This document shows, one piece after another, positions 25,101 through 35,250 of a stretch of DNA of 64,000 bases. Both the position numbers and the translations under genes were made by a program. The notes under the pieces are model-generated. The model was not told the DNA's origin and did not search any database. It worked only from the letters and a program-made list of their open reading frames with translations. The first letter of the stretch is position 1. The number at the start of each line of letters is the position of its first letter. This stretch comes from Camelus ferus. Taxonomy: Eukaryota. The stretch lies in NCBI RefSeq assembly GCF_009834535.1, contig NC_045696.1:82276001-82340000 (forward strand), read 5' to 3'.

Positions 25101-28100
25101 GCTATATATACAGGTTTATTTATTTATTTACATTTTAAAAAACCTCAGAACAAGCCCACCTCCAAAGAAATTGATGTTGAAGCTTCCCTTCTCAGCTATT
25201 TCAAAATTCTTCAGGCCCTTAGATCCCTTCCATGCAAAGCATCTGCATTCAATGCAGTCCAAAATAATGGGGAGTGAGTCTTCAATCCAACCACTTCATT
25301 GTAACCTAGTCATTCACTCTTACTGTTGTTTACTTAGCTCATAGGTTTAGCTTTTCTTTTTCAGGAGCCCATTGAATGTTTAATGATTTTTTTTGTCAGG
25401 ATATTCAAGATCCAATAATTAATCCCATCATAGTCATGTTAAAGTATAGTGGAAATAAATTTGGGTGTACAGAAAACCTGCACTGTGCCAAATGAGAACA
25501 ATTATTGCTGACATTATAACTGAACGGTAGCTATTTTGAGGTTGAGCTTTCTCCTTTAATAGAAATTTACCATACAAATAAAATCCATCTAGATTCACAC
25601 TGAAAGTCAACTATTTTTGCCTCCCCCTAGGCAAGCAAAAGCTACTGGCTAGGCTTCAGGCTCCAGGAACCCAGGAGGTAAATCTTTGGGGTGGGAGAGA
25701 TAAGGAGCTGACTTAGAGGTCATGTGTCATTACGGAGAGAAATGCATGGGGAGGTTTCTGGAGGGGCTGGCATAATAGGAAGTTGAGAAAAGAAGACAAC
25801 ACAGAAATACCATCATAAGAACTGAAGAACGATAAGCAGTGGTACATAGAGATTTTCAGGTTCAACATCCTAACATTGATCATGCCCACATTTTGGTGCA
25901 GTTTGACTTGCAGTAAAACTTGGTATTGGATGAGGCTTAACTTTGGTAAGGAGCCATCTGTGTGTGATTCCCTCCTCCATCCTGAACTCTTAAAATGTCT
26001 CACAGGGAAGGATTAGGTAGCAGGAATGACTCAATAGGATTTAAGTGAATCGTGTTATACATCCCAAGGGCACTTTATATTTTGAGAATTTTACTCCCAC
26101 TGTGGAATGACAGACTTCGTTTGCTATAAAAGGACCTTCTTATATCAGTGGCAGGATAGTGGGGTATGGGGAGGATGAGCAGAGGGTTCTTATACAACCT
26201 CGAAAATCCTCCAAGGTGGGTTGTTTCCCAATTAGAGATTGAGTCCTAGTTTCTCTTCCTAAATCTTAAAAGTCATCCTCAAAATGTTTACCTCCTGAAA
26301 GTCAGTTTTAAAACTCTATAGCAGTGAGGAAAACCAAACCTCTCCCCTCAACAAAGCTCTAGAAATTGAAAACTGAGCAAAAAGATTTAAAAAAAAAAAC
26401 CAACTTTAAGGCTAGGACTTTTGTAATGTATGGGGTACACATGAGTGTGGTGTTCATGGCCAGGAAAAACAGACCTATTATTTGATTAGAGCTGCTGATC
26501 ACCAAATCTCCCTTTCTCTCTCTCTACAGTTGTCTCTTGCTTTTTAACAGAACTCTGTTCTTTGAAATTTTCAGATATTAAAATATAATAAGGAAACAGG
26601 CAGCTGAACCCACTGCCCAGACTTTTCACTAATAAACCAAATGGAACACTGCAATGAAAGTTGACTTCTCCTACCATCCCCTCCTCATTTCCCTGACTTC
26701 CCCCCTCTCCCCAGAGGTAGCCATTATCAGGAATTTAGTGAGCTTTTTTCCACCACTTATTTTTATATTTTTATTACATATAAAAAATCCATAAAATATG
26801 TGCTGTGTATATGTAGTTTTGTGTGATTAAAGATTTATATATGATGCAAGGTTCTGCAAGTAGGTGCTTGACTTTTTTAATAAATACCACAATTTTGAGA
26901 TCTATCCACGTTGGCACATAAAGCTTCAGTTCACTTACATTATTGTACAGTATTCCATTTTATGAGTATACCACAAGTTACATGTGACTCTGTCTACCAG
27001 TTGGCATTTAGATTATCTCCCATACTTCATGATTATCAACAATGCTATGATGAAGGCTTTTGAACTCACCACCCTGCACATGTAGGGGAGTTTCTCTACG
27101 TACATATCTGGTTTTGTAGTTTCCCACCAATGGAACATTAAGGCCTAAGGCTGTATGTGTCAGAAAATTCTGCTGTTTCAGGAAGCCTTTTTCGGAGGGG
27201 TCTTTGTTAAGGAGATGGGCCCTGCAGCCCAGCAGCTGTGGGTTAGAATGCTGGCTCTATCACGTGCCAGTGTGTGGCCCTGACAAGTTAAGCTCGCCAC
27301 GCCTCATTTTCCTCATATATGATTGAGGATATTATCACCGACATCGAAAAGTTCTTGTGAGTATTAAATGAGGTAATATATAGAAAACATTTAGCTCAGT
27401 GCCTGGCACCTACCCATTGTTAATAAACATCACATTACTACTGCTATTCAGGGGGGTTAAAGTAACATAAACGATGAACTTGTTGGAGATATTTGTTAAG
27501 TCCAGATTTTCACCCATAAACCCAGTTCGAATTTTCTCCTGTTCAGACCCAGAACCATACCAATTTCGAGCCGGAAGGGCCCCTGATGGGAGCATAGTGG
27601 CAGCCAGGAAGGGAATCAGTACCTGGCTTATTTTATTATCGTCCAGCGCCAGGATTTCCAGGTTCTTCAGCGCAGAGATCTGCAGTGGACAGCGTTCCAG
27701 GTGGTTCTGGCTGAGATCCAGGAAGCGCAGGCCGACCAGGCGCCGGCAGCAGCGCCGCAGCACCCGCAGGCTCGTGTTGCGCAGGTACAGCAGGTGCAGC
27801 GACGTCCACCTGCAGACGAGGTGCGGCACCTTCTCCAGGGGGTTCCCGCTCAGCCCGACCTCCGTCATCTGCGAGAGCTCGGCCAGGGTGTGCGGCACGG
27901 CGTGCAGGCGGTTGTAGGATAAATCCAGCACCGACAGCTTGGTACACTGGCACAGCGACTCGGGGAGCACAGGCAAGCTGTTGTAAGCCACGTAGAACTT
28001 CTTCAGCTTCGTCAGGTTCCCAATCTCTTCTGGGATGACAGTCAGCTTGTTCTCATCCAGGTCGATGATCTCCAGGTTGTCGAGAACGCACAGCTCCAGA

Positions 28101-28645
28101 GGGAAGGCTTCAAACTGGTTCTGTTTCAGGTGGATCTCCCTCAGTTTGGTCTGGTTCACTATTTCCTTGGGCAGAGATTTCAGGTGGTTTCCGGCCAGTC
28201 CGAGCAGCTCGAGGTGGTGGAGGAGTTTACAGATGACGATGGGGATCTCCTGCAGGTCCGTGTGGTAGAGGCGGAGCTCTCGCAGCTTGCGGATGCCGCT
28301 GAGCACAGGAAGGGCCGAGGCTAGGAGCGGGTTGTCGCTCAGGTCCAGGCCCTCCAGGTTGCTCAGCTTCGCCAGCTCGGGGCACAGGTTCCTCACCTTG
28401 TTCTTGTTCAGGTAGAGGATTCTGACATTCCTTAAATGCTGAATATCCTCGGGGATTTCTGCAATCTGGTTGTTTTCCAGATGCACCTCCTCTAATCCTT
28501 TTAATTCTAAGATCTCTGCTGGAATGGTAGCCAAGTTCTGATTAGAAGCATCGATGAAAAATATTCTATCAGAAACCTGTTGTAGATCATTTTTCTGATG
28601 ACTTCTAGATGAACGTTCTACTGATCTTACGGTATCACTTGACAT
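16752..28645 (-). CDS. LRRIQ4: Leucine-rich repeat and IQ domain-containing protein 4; join(28645-27623,23832-23659,22428-22290,21258-21062,16904-16752), 1686 nt, 561 aa
   Basis: Five exons with GT-AG sites and consistent phases; tandem LRRs, a C-terminal IQAWWRG IQ motif and a Lys-rich tail; matches recalled human LRRIQ4. Confidence 0.95.
17630..18005 (+). mobile_element. MaLR solo LTR (MLT1-like) nested in L2
   Basis: TGCTATGGACTGAAT...CTAAGACA, 5-bp near-TSD gtcat/gtcgt; the flanking L2 ends in (aatg)n at ~18335-18357. Confidence 0.85.
18062..18113. repeat. (CA)n microsatellite
   Basis: ~25 uninterrupted units. Confidence 0.97.
18950..19121 (+). mobile_element. tRNA-derived SINE (Vic-1-like) with poly(A) and (GA)n tail
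   Basis: ggatagctcaagtggtagagc...ggttcaatccccagtac; near-TSD agcagttttg/agcagtattg. Confidence 0.88.
21062..21258 (-). CDS. LRRIQ4: LRRIQ4 coding exon 4
   Basis: tttcag|ALKKLLLEDNLITHLPENLDSL...KIMATK|gtaaaa, 197 nt. Confidence 0.95.
22290..22428 (-). CDS. LRRIQ4: LRRIQ4 coding exon 3
   Basis: ttcag|SLKELYVENNHLEELPVSLGSMPNLEILDCRHNLIKQLPDAICQVQ|gtgagg, 139 nt. Confidence 0.95.
23659..23832 (-). CDS. LRRIQ4: LRRIQ4 coding exon 2
   Basis: ttccag|LPSDFGSLSKLKILGLSGNQF...ECIRKLQ|gtaagc, 174 nt. Confidence 0.95.
27623..28645 (-). CDS. LRRIQ4: LRRIQ4 coding exon 1 (341 codons)
   Basis: MSSDTVRSVE...LDDNKISQ; donor CAG|GTACTG at 27622; strong upstream acceptor places the exon start at 28676. 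Confidence 0.95.
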
Positions 28646-29283
28646 TATTCTGATGGAAAGTTCAAATAGTCAAAATCTGAAATATTGTGAAAAGAAGGGA
28701 AAAAAATCAGTTTATTGTTTACCTGCCACCAGACTTGGTACCCTTAAGAGAAATAAACGTTAAATGTTGATTAAATCTAGTGCTTGACACTATGACACAA
28801 CATAAAAGGTTTTTGTGTTTCATGTTGGGAGAAGAATAAAGTGTAGACTCTTCTTTGTCCTAATAGGTTGACTCATATATATTAAAAAAAAAGTGTCTAA
28901 TTTCAGTTTTTAGAAATGCTTATTTTGATTCTATTTTCAGGTTGGATGTAGAAGGTTGCAAAAGATCATTGCTCTTACCATGAACACTGAGAAAACACTA
29001 GGAAAGATTAGTATTTTAAAATATGGCTTTTTTTCCATAAAGCCACCAGAAAGTTGTGGATACAAAAAAAAGGCTGAAAGAATTAAATTCTAGAGATGGA
29101 CTAGTCCTTCCTAAAAAGGAGAGACTAGTGGGCACTTTCATGCCTGGTGGCATTTTCAAGTTTGGGGACTGGCAGGTGGAGAAATAAGGCTTCCATAGGT
29201 ATAGGTAAAAGAATTTCTGGAATAAGGAGAAACGAGCCAAACTTTTAACAGCCATGTGTGAGCTGGCATGGTGGATTAGAATC

Positions 29284-29960
29284 TGTGAAACCGAGGGTAG
29301 TCATCAGTTAGATCCATTAAACTATAACTTGCTTTATTAACCTGCCTTCACCCATCAAGCACACTTTAATTGTTTTTACAAATACATGTGTATCCTCCAA
29401 GCATCAGGCAGCCTAAACGGTAAGATACAAGACCCCTTCCCCACCCCTATAGATAGTATGTCTGATGTAGGAGTCTTAAGATGTTTGCCCAATTTGTTTT
29501 CAGGAACTTGAAGTCAGCTGTTGTCCAATCGGAGCTCCAGCCAGTTAAGACTGGTTGGGACTGCTGACCCTGCAACTGGGCATGAGTGAGGGTTTGACTG
29601 GTGACCAGTTGGTGTCAGAGGGTCAAAAACTCCACCCTCAGAGCATGCTAATGCCACCATATTCCGAACATGCATCCTATGAAGAAGCATGTAGCTTAGC
29701 TGTACCCGTTAAGAATGACAATTACCTTACCTTTTTCTTATCTCCAACTACCTTTCCTCACACTCCTTATGCCCCAGGCCACCCTGCTTCTTTATCTCAT
29801 AAATATCCTGGGCTCCTCATCTTTGAGGAGGTGGATTTGATTTGTTCTCTTGTGTTCTTGCTTGGCTACCTTGTGAATAAACCCTTTCTCTGCTGCAAAT
29901 CTCTGTATCTCAGTGTTTGGCTTGCTGTGTGTCAGGCAAACAAACCTGATTCAATAACGC
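29284..29960 (+). mobile_element. ERV1-like solo LTR
   Basis: TG start, TATA-like cataaata ~29800, AATAAA ~29877, 3' end related (inverted) to the LTRs at 14170 and 30320. Confidence 0.7.
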
Positions 29961-30319
29961 CTGGAGCCCAAATACAGAGTCAGTTCTTCCCACCAGCTAG
30001 TTCTCCCCTATTTGACTGGAGCTGACTCAGTGTCCCTAGAGAAAATTGTAGGCAGGACTAAAAAGTAGAGAGAGATACTGTTGTCTCATGGTCTTAGATT
30101 CCTACACCTGGTGGGATTTGAAATTGCAGTGAATAGAAATGAACTAAAGTTGCAAACCAGAAAGAAATTAAAAGGAGAGATAGGTCATGTCCATGGATGA
30201 GAACTCTCAATGTTAAGATGTCAGTCATCTCAAATTGATCTATTGTTTCAGTGCAATCCCAATCAAAATCTCAGCAAAGTTTCTTTTTGGTAGAAGCTCA
30301 CAGTCTGATTCTAAAATTG

Positions 30320-32020
30320 TTACTGAACATAAGATTGTGTGCCCAATGCACTGTGAGGCCAAGCAAACTGAAACATCGGGGTTTGGAGCAGAAAAAGGTT
30401 TGTTGCAGGGCAGAGCAAGGAGAACAGGTGGCTTGTGCCCCACAAACTCCCTGAAGGGTTTCAGCTGAACATTTTTAAAGGCCAGCTGAGGGAGGGTCAT
30501 CCCAGGGTATGTGATTGCCTGGGCACAATTCTTTGATTGGTTGGTGGTGACTAAATCCTCAGGTACAGCTAATGATAAAGGTGGATTCTCCAGGTGAGAT
30601 ACTGTGATATAATAAGAAATATATGGTATTGCTCTTTGTTCCCAAGTTCCTGACACAAGAGCTTCTAAAATCCTCAGAATTTTCTGAGTAATAGGAGAGG
30701 AGAGGAGTGGAACATCTTTTGTTATTCAAAATAAGCCCCTTTCAACTACACCTGAGTTTATACTAATGCGGTGACTCTTGTTGGGCCCCCAGAAAGCTTC
30801 AGGATGGAGGCTGGTTGCCAGAGGAAACAACCCATTAGAGGTGTGGACCTTACAGCCCTAGCCCCCAGCCTCAGGGAAGGGGAGAGGGGCTGGAGATTGA
30901 GTTAAATCACCTATGGCCAATGATTTAATCAATCGTGCCTATGCAATGGAACCTCCATAAAAACCTTTTTTTTTTGCATGGAGAGCTTTTGAGTTGATGA
31001 ACATACGGAGTGCTGGGAGGGTGTTGTGCCCGGAAAGGGCATGGAAGCTCTGCATGCCTTCCCCACACCTGGCCCTATGCATCTCTTCCATTTGGTTATT
31101 CCTGAGTTGTACCCTTTATAATAAACTGGTAATAGTAATGTAGGGAAGCAACACTTGCCACCCCAAAATGTCTCTTTGGTGTGCAGATTATTTCAAGGTG
31201 AATATAATCAAGGCACAAATGGCTAAGGAAGAAACTTTAACCTTCTCTTTAACTGCCTAAAAGAATTTAAATAGAGGGCGTGTTCCCAGAATAGAGCTAT
31301 CACCAGAGATATCTGCATAGAACATGGGCCAGGCGCGTTGGTGGAAACTCCAGGCAGTGCTTAAAGATCAGAGTCCACTCTGTATCCCATTATCTCTGGG
31401 TGGCCCATCAAACATTTGCTTACCAAACATTTGCTTTTCCTTCCCCATGTAAGTTACTCTCCCTCCCTTTGAAGTCTCAGACCCGCCCCCCCCAACATCC
31501 TCTTTTGTCTTTAGTTGAAGATGGTATGTAAGCTGAGGATTTCGGCCACTTTGGTGAGTTACTCAGTTTCCTCGGTGTTTCCCATGTAAATGTGTTATTA
31601 AACTTTGATTTTCTTCTGTTAATCTGTCTCAGGTCAATTTAATTCTTAGACTAGCCAGAAGAACATAGACGGGTAGATTAAAATTTATTCCTCCCTGTCA
31701 GTAAGTAAAGTGTTTCCCTGAGTTCTGTGAACCATCAAAGCAAATTACTGAATCTGAGGAGGGAGTCGTTGGAACCCCTGATGTACAACCCATTGGTAGA
31801 AGTACAGATGACAACCCGGGACTTTTGACTGGTACCAGAAGTAGGAAGCAGCCTTGCTGGGAATAAGCCCTAAGCCTGTGGAGTCTGTGCTAACTCTGGG
31901 TAGTTAGTGTCAGAGGTAAATTATAGAACACCTAGTTGGTATCTGGAGAGAACTGGAAGATTGTTTGTTGTGCAAAACCCACAGAATTGGTATTAGAAGT
32001 GTTCCGTGAGTAGGAACTGA
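30320..32020. mobile_element. Nested LTR cluster: LTR fragment 30320-30595, MER21-like LTR 30602-32020 split by a younger LTR
   Basis: MER21-like motifs (ggagaggggctggagattgagtt; cctgagttctgtga) continue on both sides of the 31139-31700 insertion. Confidence 0.7.
31139..31700 (+). mobile_element. Solo ERV1 LTR
   Basis: TG...CA termini with perfect 4-bp TSD GTAA (31135-31138, 31701-31704); ATTAAA ~31597. Confidence 0.85.
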
Positions 32021-32724
32021 CGGAAGTATTGGGATATTGATATTCTTGATTGGTTGTCTTCTTAGGAGAAATGGAGAAATGATAAAAGAGGGGAAAATCT
32101 ATAATTGGATAATTATCTCTGAAAAATTTGTAGAGTGAGGAGTGTCACCAAGCTGGGATCCAGCAATCCCGTCCTTTTGAAAACCTCTGACCAGTCACCT
32201 AGAGATGAAAAAGACCTTAGTGGAACATTCTTTTGGCAGAAATGTTAACTCGTGCTGAGCCACGGACCCCTAGCCCCACTGTTGCCAAATTATTGATCTG
32301 AGATAGCTTCTCAAGACTTGTTTCCTTTAAATAAACTCAAAGTGGCATTTTATCCATTTTCAAAAACGTTACTATTCTTCACTCCCACCTGTACCACCAA
32401 ACTGTAGACCTAGTATTTCATAAATGAAACCTCTCTTCTTTTTCTTTTTTAAAATTTGGTTTTTCAAACTGTCTTTCATTATGAGTGAGCAAGAAGGTTT
32501 TGGGCACGATATCATTCCTAATCACTGATTTACTTTCTCATCTCTTCAGAAATTAAAAATGTAAACTTCACACAACTCACTCTTCTTTTATCCATGGGCC
32601 AGATCATTGTTAATAATAGAACACTAATTCTGTCATCTGCATATTCAGTACCCAAACATGCATGCCACACATGAAGGCAGCTTTTCAGATATTCATTGCA
32701 AAATTCAACCAGGAATTTAATTTG

Positions 32725-32964
32725 CTATGTGCAACAACTTACACAGCATTTACATTGTATTTACAACTACTTACACAGCATTTACATTGTATTAGGCATT
32801 AAAGTTATCTAGAGGTGATTTAAAGGATACAGGAGAATGTGCATAGATTATATGCAAATATTGTGCCATTTCATATAAGACTTGAGCATCCTTAGGTTTT
32901 GGTATCTGAGTAGGTATTGGAACCAATCCCCAAAGATATCTAGTGACAACGAGGAATGACAGTA
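32725..32964 (-). mobile_element. MER2-like (TcMar-Tigger) DNA transposon fragment
   Basis: Antisense of recalled MER2 motifs ggggattggttcca, gatgctcaagtc, taatacaatgtaaatgct. Confidence 0.8.
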
Positions 32965-34759
32965 TCTTCACATATTCTCTTTGGTTCTGATTTCTAGAAA
33001 GCTCAGATTCGAGTTTGACCTCCACTCTGAGTTCTTGATACATAAGCACTCAGTGAATCCACTTAGCTTTCCTGAAAGCCAGCTCAGAGGGGTGTCCCTC
33101 TCCCCTCCTCCTCTACCTGCCCAATCAGTGATTCTCAAGGGGACGGTTTTTTCCTGAACAGCATCCCTCCTCCATCTGGAAATCACTGCGGGTAACAAGA
33201 AATGTACTAATGGAAATGAGTTGTGCACATGGTCGTGTCTTTGTGACTGTCCTATTTACTATACATTTGGACACTGCAGGCTGTAGTTCTGTGTAAATAC
33301 TGCTTTTAGTTTTGTTTTGCTACGGCAGATAGGGAGAACAGTGCTGTAGGTTCTATTTGTCTAGTTAAAGCAGCTCTTACCTGTTTATTCTGTTCTGACC
33401 CTGTTTGTTAGTCACTCCCTCAAACAAAAGTCTGACTCTGCCTTTCTTGCTCCCTTGGAAGATTATCCCTTTCTCCCCCTGGAGTAACAATTATCCTCAA
33501 CTTCTCTTTACTTTCCTCTATTTTATTGACTCAAAATACTTTAAGGGGGGGGGGGCTAGGGAAAGGCAGAAGCTGAATTGTACCTGCACTCACACTTTCG
33601 TATTTCAAGCTATCTCTCAAAACTTTGTTGGTAGCACACATGGGGTGAACAAAAACACAATTGTGTTTTCTACATCATGTTTAACCTGAAGAAACACTTC
33701 AAGTGATGCTGAAAATCTGTAGGACACACAGCGTTTCAAGAGACCTCTGCCTTGCCCAGCAGTTTCTTGGTAGTGGAGCGATGGTCTGGATTTGCCTGGT
33801 GGGGTAGCAGGAGGGAGGCAGGACTCGGATGTTTCATTTTTCGCCTTTGAACTGTCCTCCTAGATGGCCTGATATCACCTTGAGAATCTTCCTTCCACCT
33901 TTCCTCAGGCAAGGAGTCTCTGGAGGCTCCAGAGCCCTGGCACGGCCCTTCCACTTCCCTCTCGTTGATCTACAGCAACCCCAAACAGAAGGCCTTTCCG
34001 CCCCTCCTTCCTCTTCTCTCTCCCAGTTCCAAGTACCAAATCCTGACCACGTTACCCTGAAAGTATTGCTGGGTGCTGTCCCTTCTAATTCCCCAAAGTC
34101 CAGCCTTAGGTGAAGCCTTATGATGTCTCCTGGGTTTGTGCAGACCTTAACCCTTCTAGGTCGTGTCAAATCCATCCTCCATCAGCTGTTCCCGATCTGA
34201 GAGCTCCCAGCATCCTGCCCCTTAACTGCTGTGTTTCTCAGACGATGCACAGGGCTCCAACGTGGATCTGGCCCCCGTTTGGCACCCCCTCCCACCCGGG
34301 CCCCCGCAGTCTGTGCTCATCTGGGCAGCCCTAAGTACCTGCACGTCTCCAGAATGCACCAAACAGTCCGGCCCTCTGACAGGTTCACTTGGGCCAATCA
34401 GGATATTACCTCCTCCAAGAAGCCCTCCCTGATGCCATCCCCCCTCTACAAGACTGACCCACAAGCTCCTTTATGTTCCCTTAGCTCCGTGTCCTATCCG
34501 TGCAAGTGCTACTCTCAGCTTCTGCACTTGGCCTCCGCTGGTACGTGCACACTTTGGGGAGAGGACTGTGTCATAATCGTCTTTGTATCCCCGGCCCCTA
34601 GTCCATCAGCCATTTCCCCCTAGACCTCGAGGACTTCTCCCTGCAAAGGAGCCAGGGTGCCCTCTCTCTGTGTGTCTTTAACCAGGCAGATGACCGGGAC
34701 CTAGACGGGGTTACTAAGAAGCCTCCATAAAATGGGCGGTCACTGCCTGCCCAGTCGGG

Positions 34760-35250
34760 CTTCAGTGACTAAGCAGGTGATGGCACGGGATCACGCAGCC
34801 GGCTGATTCCGGCGCTCAGGCCTTTCCGTGGGCCGGCTCCGCGCAGCCCTAAGGCTGCCCCGGGCGGGGTAGGCGCACGCGCGCGGTCGTCATGACAACG
34901 CCGCCGCCGCCGCCTTAGCCCGCGGGATCCCCGGCAGCATGAGGGGCAGGCGGGAGGCCATCCTGGAGTCCCAGAGCCCACTTCTCACCCCGACTACTAC
35001 CCCTACTTCGGCCGGGGCTGTGGCCGACGGTGGCGGTAAGAAACAGGATGTACTTCGGCGGCGGCCAGGCCCCGAGGAAGCGCGCGAGGGGCGTGGCGTG
35101 GCGGGCCGATTTCTCCGACTAGCCTGCGGGCCGTAGGCGAAGGGGTGGGAGGATGCCCCTGGGAACCGCAGCGGTGGCTGGAACTTCGGGTCCCCTAAAC
35201 GCGGGCTGGAGGGGATCCCCAAGTTCCCGCGGTGGGCGCGCCCTTTTAGT
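34760..35250. promoter_or_regulatory. CpG island promoter of LRRC34 (probably shared with LRRIQ4)
   Basis: Very GC- and CpG-rich; GC box 34862-34870, NRF1-like GGCGCACGCGCG 34872-34883, X-box-like GTCGTCATGACAAC 34886-34899; contains LRRC34 exon 1. Confidence 0.85.
34939..35035 (+). CDS. LRRC34: LRRC34 exon 1
   Basis: agcATGa [16 protein letters not shown]...DGG; phase-1 donor G|GTAAGA compatible with exon 2; weakly conserved. Confidence 0.7.

Noticed and set aside
27474..28324. Antisense and alternative-frame ORFs overlapping LRRIQ4 exon 1
   Set aside because: Expected by-product of high GC (few stop codons) opposite a real coding exon; no recognisable domain
32733..32792. Tandem duplication acttacacagcatttacattgtat as a novel repeat array
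   Set aside because: Two copies only, inside a MER2-like element; not CRISPR-like or evidently functional
34110..35222. Several ORFs around the CpG island
   Set aside because: Low-complexity GC-rich translations; only 34939-35035 fits the spliced LRRC34 model
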